Source of the DNA: Psammoneis japonica | Taxonomy: Eukaryota | DNA: 64,000 bases | Reading direction: 5' to 3' | NCBI GenBank assembly: GCA_008632985.1 | Contig: QPGO01000194.1 | Coordinates: 62,001 to 126,000 of the forward strand | Part shown: piece by piece, positions 62,035 through 64,000 of the stretch | How the letters are laid out: each line of letters starts with the position of its first letter | Position numbering within the stretch: the first letter of the stretch is position 1 | Notes under the pieces: generated by a model | Seen by the model: only the letters and a program-made list of their open reading frames with translations | What the model was told of the DNA's origin: nothing | Database searches by the model: none | Position numbers and translations under genes: made by a program

Positions 62035-63480
62035 TCACAGTCGCCTGAGAATGGTCTCTTCCTCTAGAGAAAGGGGGATTGAATTGTTGTTCTTGCCCAC
62101 TGCAGCACTCTTCAGGTAGAGAGACACGCAGAAGAACTCGTCGTTTGAGTTTGTCCTGCTGGAGATGCAGTGGCACTTGGTGGGGTTAAAAATGATGACA
62201 TCACCAAGCCGGAGTGCAACGGAGATGCCTTCGGCAGGGAAGCAGAAGTGCGCCACAATCCCGTCATTCATGTTGTAGCTGCCGGACGGAGGCACTCCCA
62301 CCACGGTGACTGCTGACAGGAAGAAGTCCTGGTCCCGATGGGCGTTGAGGAAGACATTGCGCCCAGCCGCCAGAGAGGAGAAAATGCCATCTGACCGCAC
62401 CAGGGATTTCCAGTTGTGAAACTTTTTGACACGAGCGACACCCTTGAGGATGGCACAGTCCACGCACTCATTGACAAGGTGCTCCATGCGTGAAAGAAGT
62501 CTGGTGAGGTGGTGAGTGTGTTGGTCGGCTGTGCCAGGCTGCTTGCAAGAAATTCGAGCATCCCTCGTGGCAGCCAGGCCAATCGTGGAACACTTGCTCC
62601 TGTCCGTCTCCATGAAGGTGACGCGTTGTTTGCTGCGCACGGTGGACTGGGCGGTGCAGCATTCTGGTGCTTCGAGCGCTCGGTGCTGAGCAACTGGTTC
62701 TGCTGGGTTGGGGGAGCTGAACACCACAGCAGAACGCGGCAGCAGGGTGCAGGTGTTGTCGCAGCGGCAACCGTCCAAGCCAAAGAAAGGCTTCAGATCG
62801 AGCACAGGGTCACAGACGAGCAGAGGAGCCAATTCGGCAAAGTCAATGTCAGCAAGACAAGGTGGTGCAGGCTGAGTGTAGTCGCCGTTATAAACTGGAG
62901 TGCGGTTGGCTGCGCAGTGTACGGAGAGACTCTTGGTGGCACACGGTGCGAGTGGAACGAGGCGAGTAATCTTGGATGTTTTCCTGCTGGCGCGGCTGCG
63001 GATTCGCCTGCGGCTGCGGTGGGCCTTGCGAAGTGGCGGTTGAGCCCTCAACACGTTCTCGTACATCCTGGTGCACATTGACGATGCGGTGTTTGCAGAG
63101 AACGTGTGTGCGAACTTGCCGGCAAATATTCCGCTGCTTGACACTGTCACTGTCGTCTCAACAGTGCCCAAAGCAGAACTCCGTCGACAGGGACCGGCGG
63201 ACTCCAGGGGAGTGGGGTCAAAACCCAATCGAGAGATGTGTCTGCTTTCCGTTGCCTCAAGAGCACCCAAAGCAAAACTCTGTTGACAGGGACCGGCAGA
63301 CTCCAGGGGAGTGGGGTCGAAACCTAATCGCGAGAAGCATTTGCTTGTTGTCGGGCTGCGAGCTGCACGTCCCAAACCCCCACACTGTCGAGACCGGCTG
63401 TAACTCGATCGCGACAAGTGCTTGTTGTTGGTGGGACGACGCAGCGAGGCACAAGGTAGTTGCGACATGGTGTGTCTCAA
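62035..63480 (-). CDS. TET/JBP-like Fe(II) dioxygenase (domain in the C-terminal ~170 aa; true start uncertain)
   Basis: HxD in LNAHRDQD, then FCFPAEGISVALRLGDVIIFNP and a distal His in CHCISSR, then VSLYLK. This is the double-stranded beta-helix layout of the TET/JBP family. Confidence 0.7.
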   Translation of the reverse strand: MRHTMSQLPCASLRRPTNNKHLSRSSYSRSRQCGGLGRAARSPTTSKCFSRLGFDPTPLESAGPCQQSFALGALEATESRHISRLGFDPTPLESAGPCRRSSALGTVETTVTVSSSGIFAGKFAHTFSANTASSMCTRMYENVLRAQPPLRKAHRSRRRIRSRASRKTSKITRLVPLAPCATKSLSVHCAANRTPVYNGDYTQPAPPCLADIDFAELAPLLVCDPVLDLKPFFGLDGCRCDNTCTLLPRSAVVFSSPNPAEPVAQHRALEAPECCTAQSTVRSKQRVTFMETDRSKCSTIGLAATRDARISCKQPGTADQHTHHLTRLLSRMEHLVNECVDCAILKGVARVKKFHNWKSLVRSDGIFSSLAAGRNVFLNAHRDQDFFLSAVTVVGVPPSGSYNMNDGIVAHFCFPAEGISVALRLGDVIIFNPTKCHCISSRTNSNDEFFCVSLYLKSAAVGKNNNSIPLSLEEETILRRL

Positions 63481-64000
63481 TTTGAAATGTGTTTCAAAGT
63501 GTGATGACGGAAGTGTTGTCGCGTTGTTTTTGTCTCCGCGGAGGGAGGATCATCCCACGGCAATCTCAGTGCGAGTTCTCGCGTAGAAGTGCGTTACGTG
63601 CCGTGCCAGCTCGTGCGTTTGAATCACACGGACACACAAGTGCGGTGACGATGAGAAGCAGTCCGAGATTCAAAACAAATTTTACCGCCTAAAGGCGTCT
63701 TATCATTTCAACGCGTCCACACATCTGTTTAAAATGACTTTGTACGTCGCTCCATGCGCAGGTAGAGGCAGCACGCCGCGTTTGAAAATTTCGCGCGCGT
63801 AGAGGGCGCGACGGTAATTTTACGCATTCTGTGCACGTCACAGTTTGGTTTGGAAACGCAACGTCTGGTCGAACCCGCTGCAAGCAAGGTTGATGTTGCC
63901 ACAAGGTTGGATGCGATGAACCATCGTTGCAGAAGTGTCAGGGAGTTTTGTCTTCAAACGGCTCTGGACTCCGCGTTCCAGAGCAGGCGTGTCTCCGGAG

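Overview
Eukaryotic nuclear DNA, most likely a diatom (GT-AG introns, SSAFAP/SSAAF plastid-targeting presequences). The window alternates sharply between two compartments. (1) Ordinary gene-bearing DNA at ~15.0-19.7 kb, ~34.5-53.3 kb and ~56.5-60.2 kb: a USP deubiquitinase, RFC1, an FAD monooxygenase, a plastid flavin oxidoreductase, a TMEM128-like gene and several hypotheticals. Several carry 1-nt frameshifts that look like assembly errors. (2) Repeat-derived blocks at ~1-15 kb, ~19.7-34.4 kb and ~53.4-56.5 kb in which both CpG and TpA are almost erased and replaced by TpG/CpA. These blocks hold nested relics: a LINE with a 15-bp TSD, an LTR element with an unknown ORF, a CRE-like element, a possible Zisupton-like transposase, a ~187-bp higher-order satellite, and copies of host genes (beta-COP, BUD13, katG) in which Tyr codons have become His/Cys and a GT splice donor has become GC. 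This points to a repeat-targeted TpA->CpA/TpG mutational process, opposite in direction to fungal RIP. At the right end, a TpA-depleted but CpG-rich segment carries a convergent pair of a SET-domain gene and a TET/JBP-like dioxygenase gene, a candidate mobile chromatin/DNA-modification cassette. All counts and alignments were done by eye; family assignments come from motif recall, not searches.
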